A stretch of DNA of 41,564 bases from Bdellovibrionales bacterium (lineage in GTDB: Bacteria; Bdellovibrionota; Bdellovibrionia; Bdellovibrionales; UBA1609). A program made the position numbers and the translations under genes. The stretch spans positions 1-41,564 of the forward strand of contig JBFWVI010000028.1 of the NCBI GenBank assembly GCA_050246815.1, written 5' to 3'. The stretch's first letter is position 1; each line of letters opens with the position of its first letter. Under the pieces are notes generated by a model. The model did no database searches, was not told the origin of the DNA, and was given only the letters and a program-made list of their open reading frames with translations. Positions 19,601 to 27,487 of the stretch are shown here, piece after piece.

Positions 19601-21279
19601 GGAACCCTTGGTTCTTGCTTCGTAACTTTTGGGTGAAGCCGCGTACTTGGTTCACCATGATGGCCTATCCGAACGTGTTTAACCGCATGGTGTGGAACGG
19701 CGGGATCGCCACCAATTTTGATGGTGGCAAAAAGACCTTAGGCGATTTGGGCTTTATGCAAAAGATGGTCAGCTTGGCCACATTGGGGCCCTACATAGAA
19801 ACTGTCACTGAGCTTAGCGCGATCGAAAAATTCGAAAAAGAAATCATCCCGGTTGAAAAGTCGATTCATGAAGCAGCCATGCGCCAAGCTTTTTTGAACG
19901 TGGTGAAGGTGGCCGCCCAAGATCCGGATCTGATGAAGTTATTGTCTGAAGGTGGCAGGGTTCATCCTTTCGATGACAAATTTAAACGATTGAATAAGAA
20001 GGTGCGCATTTACTTTGAGGCTTACTTCGGTAAACTTTTTGAGGACTCACTGCGCACGCATTTGATGACCCGTATGGGCTTTGATCCTGCGCGTCCAATG
20101 GCGGATGAGGTTATTAAGAAGGCCGCAACCGCTTACGAAGGTTCTTTCGCCTTGACCGATGATCAGGCCGACGAATTGGTTCGTCGTGTGGCAACCGAAA
20201 ACAGTGTGGCAACCCACGCCAGGGAAATCGCTGAGGGCGGGCTAAAGTCGATGGGCCAGCGTTTGAAGTTGGCTCATTGGCGTAAAGTGGCCAAAGCGAT
20301 GAATCCGGATTTTAACGGATCACTCGCTCGTTACACCTTGGCCGAAAAACAAATGAACAATGAAGAAGCTATGGCTCGTGCGACCCGCCAATACATGGTG
20401 GGGTTGGTGGTCGACAAGCCGGTTGAAATGTTGTTTACATTCTTGTTCTTGGCCGGCATTGACGAGGGCGTGTTAAAGCCCCTTCATGACGAGGCCTTTG
20501 GCCCTGATTCGGCCTATTATTTGTCACGCTATGTGTTTTGGAACGGTTACTTCGTCGGCATCATGATTTCGTTGTTGGCCGACGTGTGGATGAAAATTCA
20601 GCAGGATGCCCGTGTGGACAACTTGGGGGGGTTCAACCACGTGCCTTCGGCGGAAGAGTACAAAAAAGGCTATATGTCTTATTATCGCAAGAACTTCTTT
20701 AGTGATGACAACAAGTGGTGGGACAACCAAAAGTATGAATTGACCCTGGCTTTTGTGAATATGCCTGCGTACTTTGTCACGGCCATGGTGAGCAACTTGT
20801 TGACCTTGGGCCGTTTTGATATGGACTCGTTCCTTGCGGTCTATAAAGGATCATTGCTGCCAACGGGCGGTTTGGGCTTCAAGCTTGAAAACGCGTTCGA
20901 GATGTCGGGTAACTATGTGATCGGCTCGATCCCCTCCAAATTCCATTCAGACCCAAGGGTGCAAGAGATTCGTAACAGCCGCTTAGGGGCTTTGCGTTTC
21001 AAGTACAATGTGCTTTACAAAACTTTTTATGAAAACCCCTTGGGCAACCTGCTGGGCAACTGGATGACGATGCCGGTTCAGGGCATTGGACCCCGTGCGT
21101 GGATACGGCAATTCTGGGGTGGTTATCTGCCGACAGAAGTGCTGGTGAACAACGTGGTCCGTCCCGTCCAAGCTTGGCAGGGCGATTCGCTACTGAAGTC
21201 CGTGGCCAATGGTTGTGACACATTGCTGACGACCAACCATACGGATGCAGTCAAGTTGCTGCCGAAGGTTTCAAAATAA
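16657..21279 (+). CDS. Giant hypothetical secreted/membrane protein (1540 aa)
   Basis: Uninterrupted 4.6-kb ORF with a signal-like N-terminus, a beta-rich region, a helical/coiled-coil region and several hydrophobic helices. No family recognised. Confidence 0.85.
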   Translation: MNKQIKFDWLQSKDLRRLVAVLVATAIATQSVLTIAAPTPYRQQVDHFLGALKADSVWDQRTGDEPGEISRRWAEALQKHQDQMFANGLSDIERADHFDLWIESLRNNAFFGQSANPEAKYYANHPLDVYGLLGQTVHTKAVETRFSKLKRVISPVTKTVKAAAAVTNRAMKGVGEAVASMMLGGAALSASVDEARGVTEKDEPQVRHRPYFDAINLKRLGIQVVDSEGRVVRVLNPVGADLSRVFAAGAGEGETSYHISQGAGKGPFTFRLAYQGQVLNEFQNNVTAVTAFDRYLVFIEPGKTNREQGIVNLSFVDLEFFNSAVGRTVLPIFRLPVKVGHDGVANVEKLILEATSKGLRVEDKFVTEEVFEFFSQMQQMAFNTTVSLVDDNFYASTSKLLGSLLEQFNQSLDQTAQDLNQQMERAGVTFDLYRQFRNDLNTQLKLRSEVKPAGKTAREIERTHGRLAVEAVRKFDQEVGITSNSEQALEMLTQDRVARAENMANAISKDVKGHLQKVQRFGEQLAADQAFQKTMQGYGQAISATRKLSNRVNAFWARMVMPQPLGAPKVQQALGLVAAGVTSKDAWSAGAKQMCAITKEGLAELVANRRSRMALEVLTGAALCSLYPAETAQFAYHSLDVARNMSTAFLGWVDNWGHITQTAWKASWSWLDMGLIYETYFAKDRFHKLAVGVGALYGTLLATAGMSHVVVNGYRYGKTMGKIDWPTYRREGQGFMSHLKAAWKMAKESGSAVKQSFVGYVNQDRRSYYAALARADKKRRGQDLRFVTPEGKDFRGLFRTGQINDLKVISDAERNGEKYDIAIALPDGRELKGRAVVGTQVPGRVFMEMDMPDGTKVSRVIEPVEGDWNLIGDDTATVDGTVAEFKLQEKSLVGAMQNTEWTDEEEKMLATLMEEIERKDQLAAKRLNTLASLPFYALGVPAQINLKNGSDKDIETLGKAIRHFLVGYSSWTHTTRFFGKLWNPWFLLRNFWVKPRTWFTMMAYPNVFNRMVWNGGIATNFDGGKKTLGDLGFMQKMVSLATLGPYIETVTELSAIEKFEKEIIPVEKSIHEAAMRQAFLNVVKVAAQDPDLMKLLSEGGRVHPFDDKFKRLNKKVRIYFEAYFGKLFEDSLRTHLMTRMGFDPARPMADEVIKKAATAYEGSFALTDDQADELVRRVATENSVATHAREIAEGGLKSMGQRLKLAHWRKVAKAMNPDFNGSLARYTLAEKQMNNEEAMARATRQYMVGLVVDKPVEMLFTFLFLAGIDEGVLKPLHDEAFGPDSAYYLSRYVFWNGYFVGIMISLLADVWMKIQQDARVDNLGGFNHVPSAEEYKKGYMSYYRKNFFSDDNKWWDNQKYELTLAFVNMPAYFVTAMVSNLLTLGRFDMDSFLAVYKGSLLPTGGLGFKLENAFEMSGNYVIGSIPSKFHSDPRVQEIRNSRLGALRFKYNVLYKTFYENPLGNLLGNWMTMPVQGIGPRAWIRQFWGGYLPTEVLVNNVVRPVQAWQGDSLLKSVANGCDTLLTTNHTDAVKLLPKVSK

Positions 21280-21283
21280 TTCT

Positions 21284-22147
21284 TTAAGGTTCCGGCTGCC
21301 GCCAGAAGGGGGCAGCCAATTTCAAAGCATACAAATTTGTGCTGCAGGTGGGCCACAGGAATTTGTTTTTGGCGCCGTTTGAGTGCACGTCAGTTTCATT
21401 GGCGATGACGGCCAATTGCTCTTGTTCAAAACCGCTGAAAGCGAAAGTACCGTTGGTGACCCCGCAGCCACCCATAACCAAAGGCTTTTCATCACCAGTG
21501 ATTTGGTATTGAAGTGTGATTTCACGCCCCCCGGGTGCTGCGCGATGAATCGTCAACAAAACATCCGCATCGGCAAGTGCAAAGTTCGGCGTCACTGCGC
21601 TTAAGTTGCCGCGGATTTGCCAGGTCAATTCGTAGCGAGTCAGTTTGCCATTCTGCGGAATTTGATACGAGTAGCTGCTGACCATGCTCAGCCGCGAGTT
21701 TTGCACTTGCAGTGAAAGCTGTTGATCGGCGCGCACGGTTTGGCCACGGTCTTTGACCGTGGCGATCAGGGCCAAAACTTCGCTGGTCACGCTTAAGGTC
21801 TGCCCCTGCCGGTTCATTTGCACTTGGCCCTTGCGGCTGGCGGGCCGGGATTGGTCTTCGCGGCAGTTCCATTCAATCGTCGTATTGCCGCTTCGTTTCG
21901 CGCAGCCCAGGGTGTCGGGGCCGGCCAATGCCAGGGTCAAAACTTCGTGCAGATCGGCAAGGCCGGCAAGCGTCAGCATCACACGATTAGAAAGCGTCAC
22001 GATGGGTTTGCCGTCAGGGTCTTTGCCGCCTCCGCCGCCATTGCCGCCGCGGTCAATGGAAGAGCTGATGTCATCGCCAGCACACGCGACCAGCAGGCTC
22101 ATGATCACAAAGGTGGTGAAGCGGGTGAGATTCTTAAAGATGTGCAT
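21284..22147 (-). CDS. Hypothetical beta-rich lipoprotein
   Basis: Lipobox LLVAC (C22), Gly linker, four further Cys. Confidence 0.8.
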   Translation of the reverse strand: MHIFKNLTRFTTFVIMSLLVACAGDDISSSIDRGGNGGGGGKDPDGKPIVTLSNRVMLTLAGLADLHEVLTLALAGPDTLGCAKRSGNTTIEWNCREDQSRPASRKGQVQMNRQGQTLSVTSEVLALIATVKDRGQTVRADQQLSLQVQNSRLSMVSSYSYQIPQNGKLTRYELTWQIRGNLSAVTPNFALADADVLLTIHRAAPGGREITLQYQITGDEKPLVMGGCGVTNGTFAFSGFEQEQLAVIANETDVHSNGAKNKFLWPTCSTNLYALKLAAPFWRQPEP

Positions 22148-22155
22148 TTGGTTTC

Positions 22156-22184
22156 CCCCCGTGACTTCAATGTCAGCACGGGGG
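22156..22184 (-). promoter_or_regulatory. GC-rich hairpin overlapping the SD of the 21284-22147 gene
   Basis: CCCCCGTG (22156-22163) pairs with CACGGGGG (22177-22184). Confidence 0.55.
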
Positions 22185-22265
22185 CTTTAGAACGTCAATT
22201 GGCGGGCTTGGGTTTCTTTGAGCGGCTGATAATATTCGGCGCGATGAGCGCGTGTGGCCGCCTCA

Positions 22266-25200
22266 TCAGTTGATGTCCGCGCCTTTCTTTTCAGGCGCGT
22301 CGCGCAGCTTCCACATGCTTTCAAACTCTTCAGCAGCAGCCGTCAGGGTCTCCATCAAGAAGGGGCCTGTTTGTGGGTCTTTGAGGTGTTGCAAGAGATC
22401 TTGATAGGGAAGATCCAATAAGCTCTTCAGGTCTTGTTCGACCAACTGATAATAGCCCGGCACAAGTTCATGGTAGCGCTTGCGAAGCGCATGGGCTTCG
22501 GCGCGAAGATTGGCGCGAACTTCAAGCATACGATCACGACTTTGTTGATGCATGGCCAGTTGGTGCTCCAGGCCGCCTTTTCCATCGGCACCATAAAGTG
22601 TAATCATCAGTTGCTGTAATTGGGGCCCCAGAACTCCTTCGCGAGCCAACTTCATGCGGGTTTCTTCCACCTGACGGCTGGCGCTCAAAAAATGGTTGCG
22701 TCCGCGGTTGTATTTATCAACGTAAGGTTGAACTTCCTTGAAGAGTTGTTGAAGCATGGCGCGTGTCAGTTTGCCGCTTTCGTGGGCCGACGCAATGCGT
22801 TCGCTGACATATTTTTCATATTCTTTGTTGGCGGCAATGTAGGCATCAAGGGCTTGCTCACGTCGCACGATCTGGCTTTCCAGCTCGGCCGGAAGAACAA
22901 AGCTTCGTTCAGCCTCAATTGCTTTCAACTGGTCGGCACGCCGTTTTTTGAGGCCTGCGATCAGCTTGACCAGTTCGTCCAATTCTTTGCCCATTTTGGC
23001 GATCGAATCGGTGGTGTCTTGCATGCGCTGAATCTTTTGTTTGGTTTTTTCGGCCATGGGGCCTTCGGGCACATAGTTCAATTCAATCTTGGCGCGAATT
23101 TCTTCGGCCTCTTTTAACGCGGCTTCGTAGGATGTTGTTCCTGGCGGTAAGCTGACTGCCGCAATGGCATTCTTTAAAGTTTGTAGGGCCAGATCATCTT
23201 TGCTGACTTCAATTGCCTCAATTTCTTTCAAGTAAGCCTGAAGATCTTGTTTGCGTTGCGCGCTGGTGTCCAAATTCAGTTCCCACAGAATTTCATCGAT
23301 GGATTTGGCTCCAGCGGGAAATTGTATCTTTAAAAGTGCCGCGCTGATTTTGGCACCCAAGTCACGGCGGTATTGATTGACGATTGAACGGGCGTTCAGC
23401 AAGAAGGTTTCCAAAGCTTTGCGACGATCTTTGTCGGGGCCTTTTTCAAGCTCTTTTTGCGCTTGTTCGATGGTTTCAATGCCCACCGGGCGCGACATAG
23501 CCAAAATCAGGGATTGCGTGTTGTCCGGGTTTTCAGCTCGAATTTGGTCGCGGATCGGTTCGGCCAATGCCAGGGCCGCTTTCAGAGCTTCGGTGCGTTT
23601 GGGGTCCTGGACGAGGGCCAGTTCTTTGCGCGCAACGGCCGGTGCCTGTACCCGCCATTTTTCATTGGCCGCCTTAATTTGCTTCAGAATCAGGTCTGCA
23701 ACTTTTCGTTGAGATTGTTCCGAGGCTTCAGTTGCGGCGTTGATATATTTTTCAAGAATTTTGCGTCGTGCCTGCAGACGAGCGGTTTCATTGGTCCGTT
23801 TGAAATCACGATGCACAAAGGTTGTCACCAATTGACGGAAAGTCAGGTGGTTGGCGTACAGGCGGTAGATACGATCGATTGCGGCTTCGGCGCGGGCGTG
23901 TAAGTCTTGAGCACGCTCTTCTGGGGTTGCGTCCTTCGGTAAGACGGGGACTTCATTGGAGAGTTTGGGCAAAGGGTGGCCGACTTGCTGCTGCACAAAG
24001 TAACCGATGCGGGTGTAGGCTTCAGCGACGGTTTCTTTATCTTTTTCGTTACCCAAAAAGTCTGCGATTTGGTCGCGGTCGGCGGCGTCCATATAGCGGT
24101 CGAAGACATTGTGCCCGGTTTGGACGTCCTGCCCCTTGAAGGTGCGGCCCTTGCCCATCAGAATGTAATCTTGGGGCGCAACTAACTTGCGCAAGAATTG
24201 GTCAAAGGCGGCCTCACGACCGGTGTAGACCAAGCCGTCGCTTTCGCCCACGATCACCATCATGCGCGGTCGTGCCACGCCGTCCATCGGCATCTTCCAA
24301 GAGTAATCAAGAGCTGAAAGTGTGCAATACAATCCAGCCACCGGCGAAGTTTTGCCGTTGCGCACGGTGTTTTCGATAAAATCGTAATCGCCTTCGGCGA
24401 CGTCGCCTTTCCATTCCTCGAAACAATCTTCGACCTTTTTATCGGCGGCTTGTCGCTGGCTGGCAGTTCCGCCCAGCGACATGTCTGCCGGCGGGGCCAA
24501 AGCGACGAGGCCTTTGATATTCAGGCCATGCTTTTTCAAGCGCGGCCACAGCAAGTACATTTGGACTGCAAACTGACCGCCCCAGCTGTGACCCATCACG
24601 ATGATCGGCACATCGGGGTGAATAGTGTCGCGCATGACTTGAAGGTGGTAATCAATCATTTCCTGACCGTTTAAAAACGGAAACAGGGACGCGTTGCCGT
24701 GTCCCGGGCCATCGCCTGCGATCAGCGGAATCCCACGTTTGCCGGTTTCAAGGCCCACACTCATGGCGTTGACGCCAGTGGCGGTGGGGGTTCCTCCGCC
24801 GTGCATCCAATAGATCACACCCGTGTTTTTGTATTCGGGACCGATCAAGTATGAGCGTTGAAACTGACCATTGCCGCGATTGGGGGTGGCGTTGTTTTTG
24901 ATTTTGCCGGGCATCGAGGCGTAGATCGTGGTGGCCACGGCTTGGCCCGCAAAATTTGAGCGATTGCGTAGTGGGATCGAACTTCCGGGCGAATCCATTT
25001 TGATGACCGCATTGGGTTCCGGAAACGGCGCTTGCAACAGTTGAAAGGCCATACGTGGTGGGTGCAGGTCCGCCAGTGCGCGCGGTCCCATGACGCCGTC
25101 TTCAACGCGGTGCTGGTCGACGTCGGGATCGATAAAGGTGCGCAAAGGTATTTCTTGGCGCAAAGCCGCCTGGTCGCGCATGGCATTTTGAATCAGCTCG

Positions 25201-25331
25201 TGCAGGGTAGGATTGCGGCCGGTGAGGGCCTTGTCGCAGGCGTTTTGTTTGTCTGTCTGACTGGCAAAAGCGCCATTTTGAATGGCCAAGAGTGCGAACA
25301 GCAAAATGCCGAGCCGTTGAATGAGATGCAT
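22266..25331 (-). CDS. Secreted alpha/beta-hydrolase with long helical/coiled-coil C-terminal region (1021 aa)
   Basis: Signal peptide; MHGGG, DGPGHG, GHSWGG nucleophile elbow, GESDG acid and TGHNVF His; AGGAGG SD. Confidence 0.85.
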   Translation of the reverse strand: MHLIQRLGILLFALLAIQNGAFASQTDKQNACDKALTGRNPTLHELIQNAMRDQAALRQEIPLRTFIDPDVDQHRVEDGVMGPRALADLHPPRMAFQLLQAPFPEPNAVIKMDSPGSSIPLRNRSNFAGQAVATTIYASMPGKIKNNATPNRGNGQFQRSYLIGPEYKNTGVIYWMHGGGTPTATGVNAMSVGLETGKRGIPLIAGDGPGHGNASLFPFLNGQEMIDYHLQVMRDTIHPDVPIIVMGHSWGGQFAVQMYLLWPRLKKHGLNIKGLVALAPPADMSLGGTASQRQAADKKVEDCFEEWKGDVAEGDYDFIENTVRNGKTSPVAGLYCTLSALDYSWKMPMDGVARPRMMVIVGESDGLVYTGREAAFDQFLRKLVAPQDYILMGKGRTFKGQDVQTGHNVFDRYMDAADRDQIADFLGNEKDKETVAEAYTRIGYFVQQQVGHPLPKLSNEVPVLPKDATPEERAQDLHARAEAAIDRIYRLYANHLTFRQLVTTFVHRDFKRTNETARLQARRKILEKYINAATEASEQSQRKVADLILKQIKAANEKWRVQAPAVARKELALVQDPKRTEALKAALALAEPIRDQIRAENPDNTQSLILAMSRPVGIETIEQAQKELEKGPDKDRRKALETFLLNARSIVNQYRRDLGAKISAALLKIQFPAGAKSIDEILWELNLDTSAQRKQDLQAYLKEIEAIEVSKDDLALQTLKNAIAAVSLPPGTTSYEAALKEAEEIRAKIELNYVPEGPMAEKTKQKIQRMQDTTDSIAKMGKELDELVKLIAGLKKRRADQLKAIEAERSFVLPAELESQIVRREQALDAYIAANKEYEKYVSERIASAHESGKLTRAMLQQLFKEVQPYVDKYNRGRNHFLSASRQVEETRMKLAREGVLGPQLQQLMITLYGADGKGGLEHQLAMHQQSRDRMLEVRANLRAEAHALRKRYHELVPGYYQLVEQDLKSLLDLPYQDLLQHLKDPQTGPFLMETLTAAAEEFESMWKLRDAPEKKGADIN

Positions 25332-25487
25332 AGGCTAAAGACCCTCCTAAGATGTACCCTTTTCCCCGCGTGTTTTTTTGTTCGACAACCTTGAAGTATA
25401 TTCACGTCAGAAGGTCTTGCCGAACGGTCAGAAACAAGCGTTCGGTGCTAGTTCAAATGTTATGCCCAGTCAAGGTTAAGGGCCTGT

Positions 25488-26501
25488 CTAGAGAGCGCGA
25501 GCGGATTGTAAGATCGTGAAGGCGCGCCAGCCCACATTCGACCAGCCAATCGGGCCGCAGGAACCGAGGTCGTAACTTTTTTTGGTGGTTTGATTCACCA
25601 GGCGATTTTGCTCGGTGACGAAATTCAAATTCAGCTGCTGGTCGGGGAAAAGCGAGGTGACATAAACGCTGGCCCAATTGGTTTCGGGCGAGCCGCAATG
25701 ATTGGTGTCGACTTTGCTACCTTCGGCGGCGGCATTCAGGGACGAGGTCTCAAGCGAGATGGTTTTGGTTTTGTCGAGGGCGTCGCGGTTAAATTTGCCA
25801 AGCTCGCCCTGGCCCGAGACGACCAGATCGTAAACTTCAGTGCCTTGAGTGCCTTTGCCATTCGCACGGATGCGGCCGCTGATGTTCATGATCCAGTGGC
25901 CGGTGGGGCGGCGACCGTCGCGTCGATCGCGGAGCGGAATTTGCCAGCGAGTAGACAGCTGAAAACGGTAGATGTTGGCGGTGGAATCACTTAGCTCAAG
26001 ACTCAATTGGTGGGTGGCCCACAGGCGCGGGTTTTTGCCATCGCGTCCGAAGCGGATTTTAAAAGGTTCGACGTTGGTGGCGGTCGCGCGGTTGAATTGG
26101 TACTGCAGTCCTCGCTCTTGATCTTGGATTAGGCCCACATTTTCAAGCGAATACTCTTCGGTGCCTTTCAAAATATCGCAATCACTTTCGACCACCAGGC
26201 GTGCACGCGCACTAGCTTTGTCTTTGTTTTGTGGCAAACCTTGGCGAATGGTGGCGCGGCGGCAGCCATTGTTGAATCCGCCCAAAACCGCGGTTTTGGT
26301 GGCCTGGTTCAGATACGAAAAACCAGCCACCAAAAAGGCGCCGTAGGCCGAGCTGGCTTCGTCTTGTTTGAGACTGCCGGGCTTGCCGAAAGGGGGTGTG
26401 GGCGGTGAATTTTGGCCCGATTGGTCACCGGAGCCACAGGCTGTCACTAGACTTGCACTTGCCAAAACCAGTAAAACCTTTGAAAAGACTAGGGTTTTCA
26501 T
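25488..26501 (-). CDS. Hypothetical beta-rich lipoprotein
   Basis: ATG 26501 after GAGG; lipobox LVTAC; Pro/Gly linker; four further Cys. Confidence 0.8.
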   Translation of the reverse strand: MKTLVFSKVLLVLASASLVTACGSGDQSGQNSPPTPPFGKPGSLKQDEASSAYGAFLVAGFSYLNQATKTAVLGGFNNGCRRATIRQGLPQNKDKASARARLVVESDCDILKGTEEYSLENVGLIQDQERGLQYQFNRATATNVEPFKIRFGRDGKNPRLWATHQLSLELSDSTANIYRFQLSTRWQIPLRDRRDGRRPTGHWIMNISGRIRANGKGTQGTEVYDLVVSGQGELGKFNRDALDKTKTISLETSSLNAAAEGSKVDTNHCGSPETNWASVYVTSLFPDQQLNLNFVTEQNRLVNQTTKKSYDLGSCGPIGWSNVGWRAFTILQSARAL

Positions 26502-26527
26502 CAAAAAATTAACCTCGCAAACGGACT

Positions 26528-26544
26528 TGTCTCAAAAAGAAACA
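26528..26544. promoter_or_regulatory. Imperfect palindrome TGTCTCA-N3-AGAAACA, candidate operator
   Basis: 15/17 identical to 8516-8532; lies upstream of a minus-strand lipoprotein gene. Confidence 0.5.
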
Positions 26545-26570
26545 TTTTACTTCAAAGTGGATGCCAATTT

Positions 26571-26611
26571 GGACATTACTGTGACAAATTAGTTTTAATT
26601 TTCAATAAGCT
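26571..26611 (+). promoter_or_regulatory. hemA promoter with HemR-type direct repeat
   Basis: GGACA-TTACTG-TGACA (26571-26586) at the -35 position; -10 TAAGCT (26606-26611) is 6 nt before the ATG. Confidence 0.65.
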
Positions 26612-26617
26612 ATCAAC

Positions 26618-27487
26618 ATGGCACAACTTGTAGTTCTACATCGTCCACAACCCGGACCTTGGTCTTGGGGAGCAGAGTTCCCGGAGTGGGCGCTCTGGGG
26701 GACTTGTTTGCGTCAGATCGCGGTGGGGCTTGGCAATTTCACCTCTCCGTCATTAGAAAAAGAAGACCAGGTGTTGGTCGATCTTGAAGCCTATCGCCTT
26801 TTGCTTGAAGTGGTTTGCGGTCTGCATTCGCCGGTGCTAGGTGAGACCGAAGTTTTTGGTCAATTCAAGCGCTTCGTCGAGCAGTTGAAGGACAGTGAAA
26901 GTCCAGCCAAAGCGCTGCTGCCGACCTTGCGTCAAATCATCGGCGACGCCAAAGCTATTCGTCATTCGCATCTGATCGGCTTGGGCAGCCAGTCCTACGG
27001 CAGTTTGGTGCGTCGTGAAGTTCCTGACGGGAGCGCGGTTCACATTTTGGGCGGCGGCCAGTTGGCGCAAAAAATCTTGCCTTGGCTCGGCAAGAAAGAA
27101 GCGCAAGTCACATTGCACGTTCGCTCGGTCGAACGAGCCCCGCAAAATGGTGAATTTCAAGTTCGTCCGATCAGTGACAAGTCGGCTTTAGAGGGTGTGT
27201 TGGTGGTGGCGGCGCCGTTGTCGGCACGCGAGCTTGAGGTTTGGCTGGATCAACGCCAAGTCAAGTTAACAAAAATTATTGATTTGCGCGGCGAGGGTGC
27301 ATTTGATCCGTTGACTCCACGTGCGCCGGTTTTGGATTTGCCTCAGGTGATGCAGCGCTTGTCCCATAATCGAGCTGAGCAGACCGAGATGATCGCGGCG
27401 GCTCGCCATCAGATCATGCAATGTGCCCAAGCCTATGCCAGCGCCGTCAAGGTGCGACCGCTAGGTTGGGACGACATATGCGCCTAA
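26618..27487 (+). CDS. hemA: Glutamyl-tRNA reductase, short form
   Basis: TCLR (catalytic Cys), CGLHSPVLGETEVFGQFK, LGGGQLA nucleotide-binding loop; first gene of the heme operon. Confidence 0.85.
   Translation: MAQLVVLHRPQPGPWSWGAEFPEWALWGTCLRQIAVGLGNFTSPSLEKEDQVLVDLEAYRLLLEVVCGLHSPVLGETEVFGQFKRFVEQLKDSESPAKALLPTLRQIIGDAKAIRHSHLIGLGSQSYGSLVRREVPDGSAVHILGGGQLAQKILPWLGKKEAQVTLHVRSVERAPQNGEFQVRPISDKSALEGVLVVAAPLSARELEVWLDQRQVKLTKIIDLRGEGAFDPLTPRAPVLDLPQVMQRLSHNRAEQTEMIAAARHQIMQCAQAYASAVKVRPLGWDDICA

Noticed and set aside
22025..22052. GCC-rich microsatellite
   Set aside because: It simply encodes the GGNGGGGG linker of the lipoprotein.
26618..27487. hemA pseudogene
   Set aside because: The frame is intact, the catalytic Cys and substrate/NADPH motifs are retained, and it is coupled to hemC. 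Short HemA forms are plausible.
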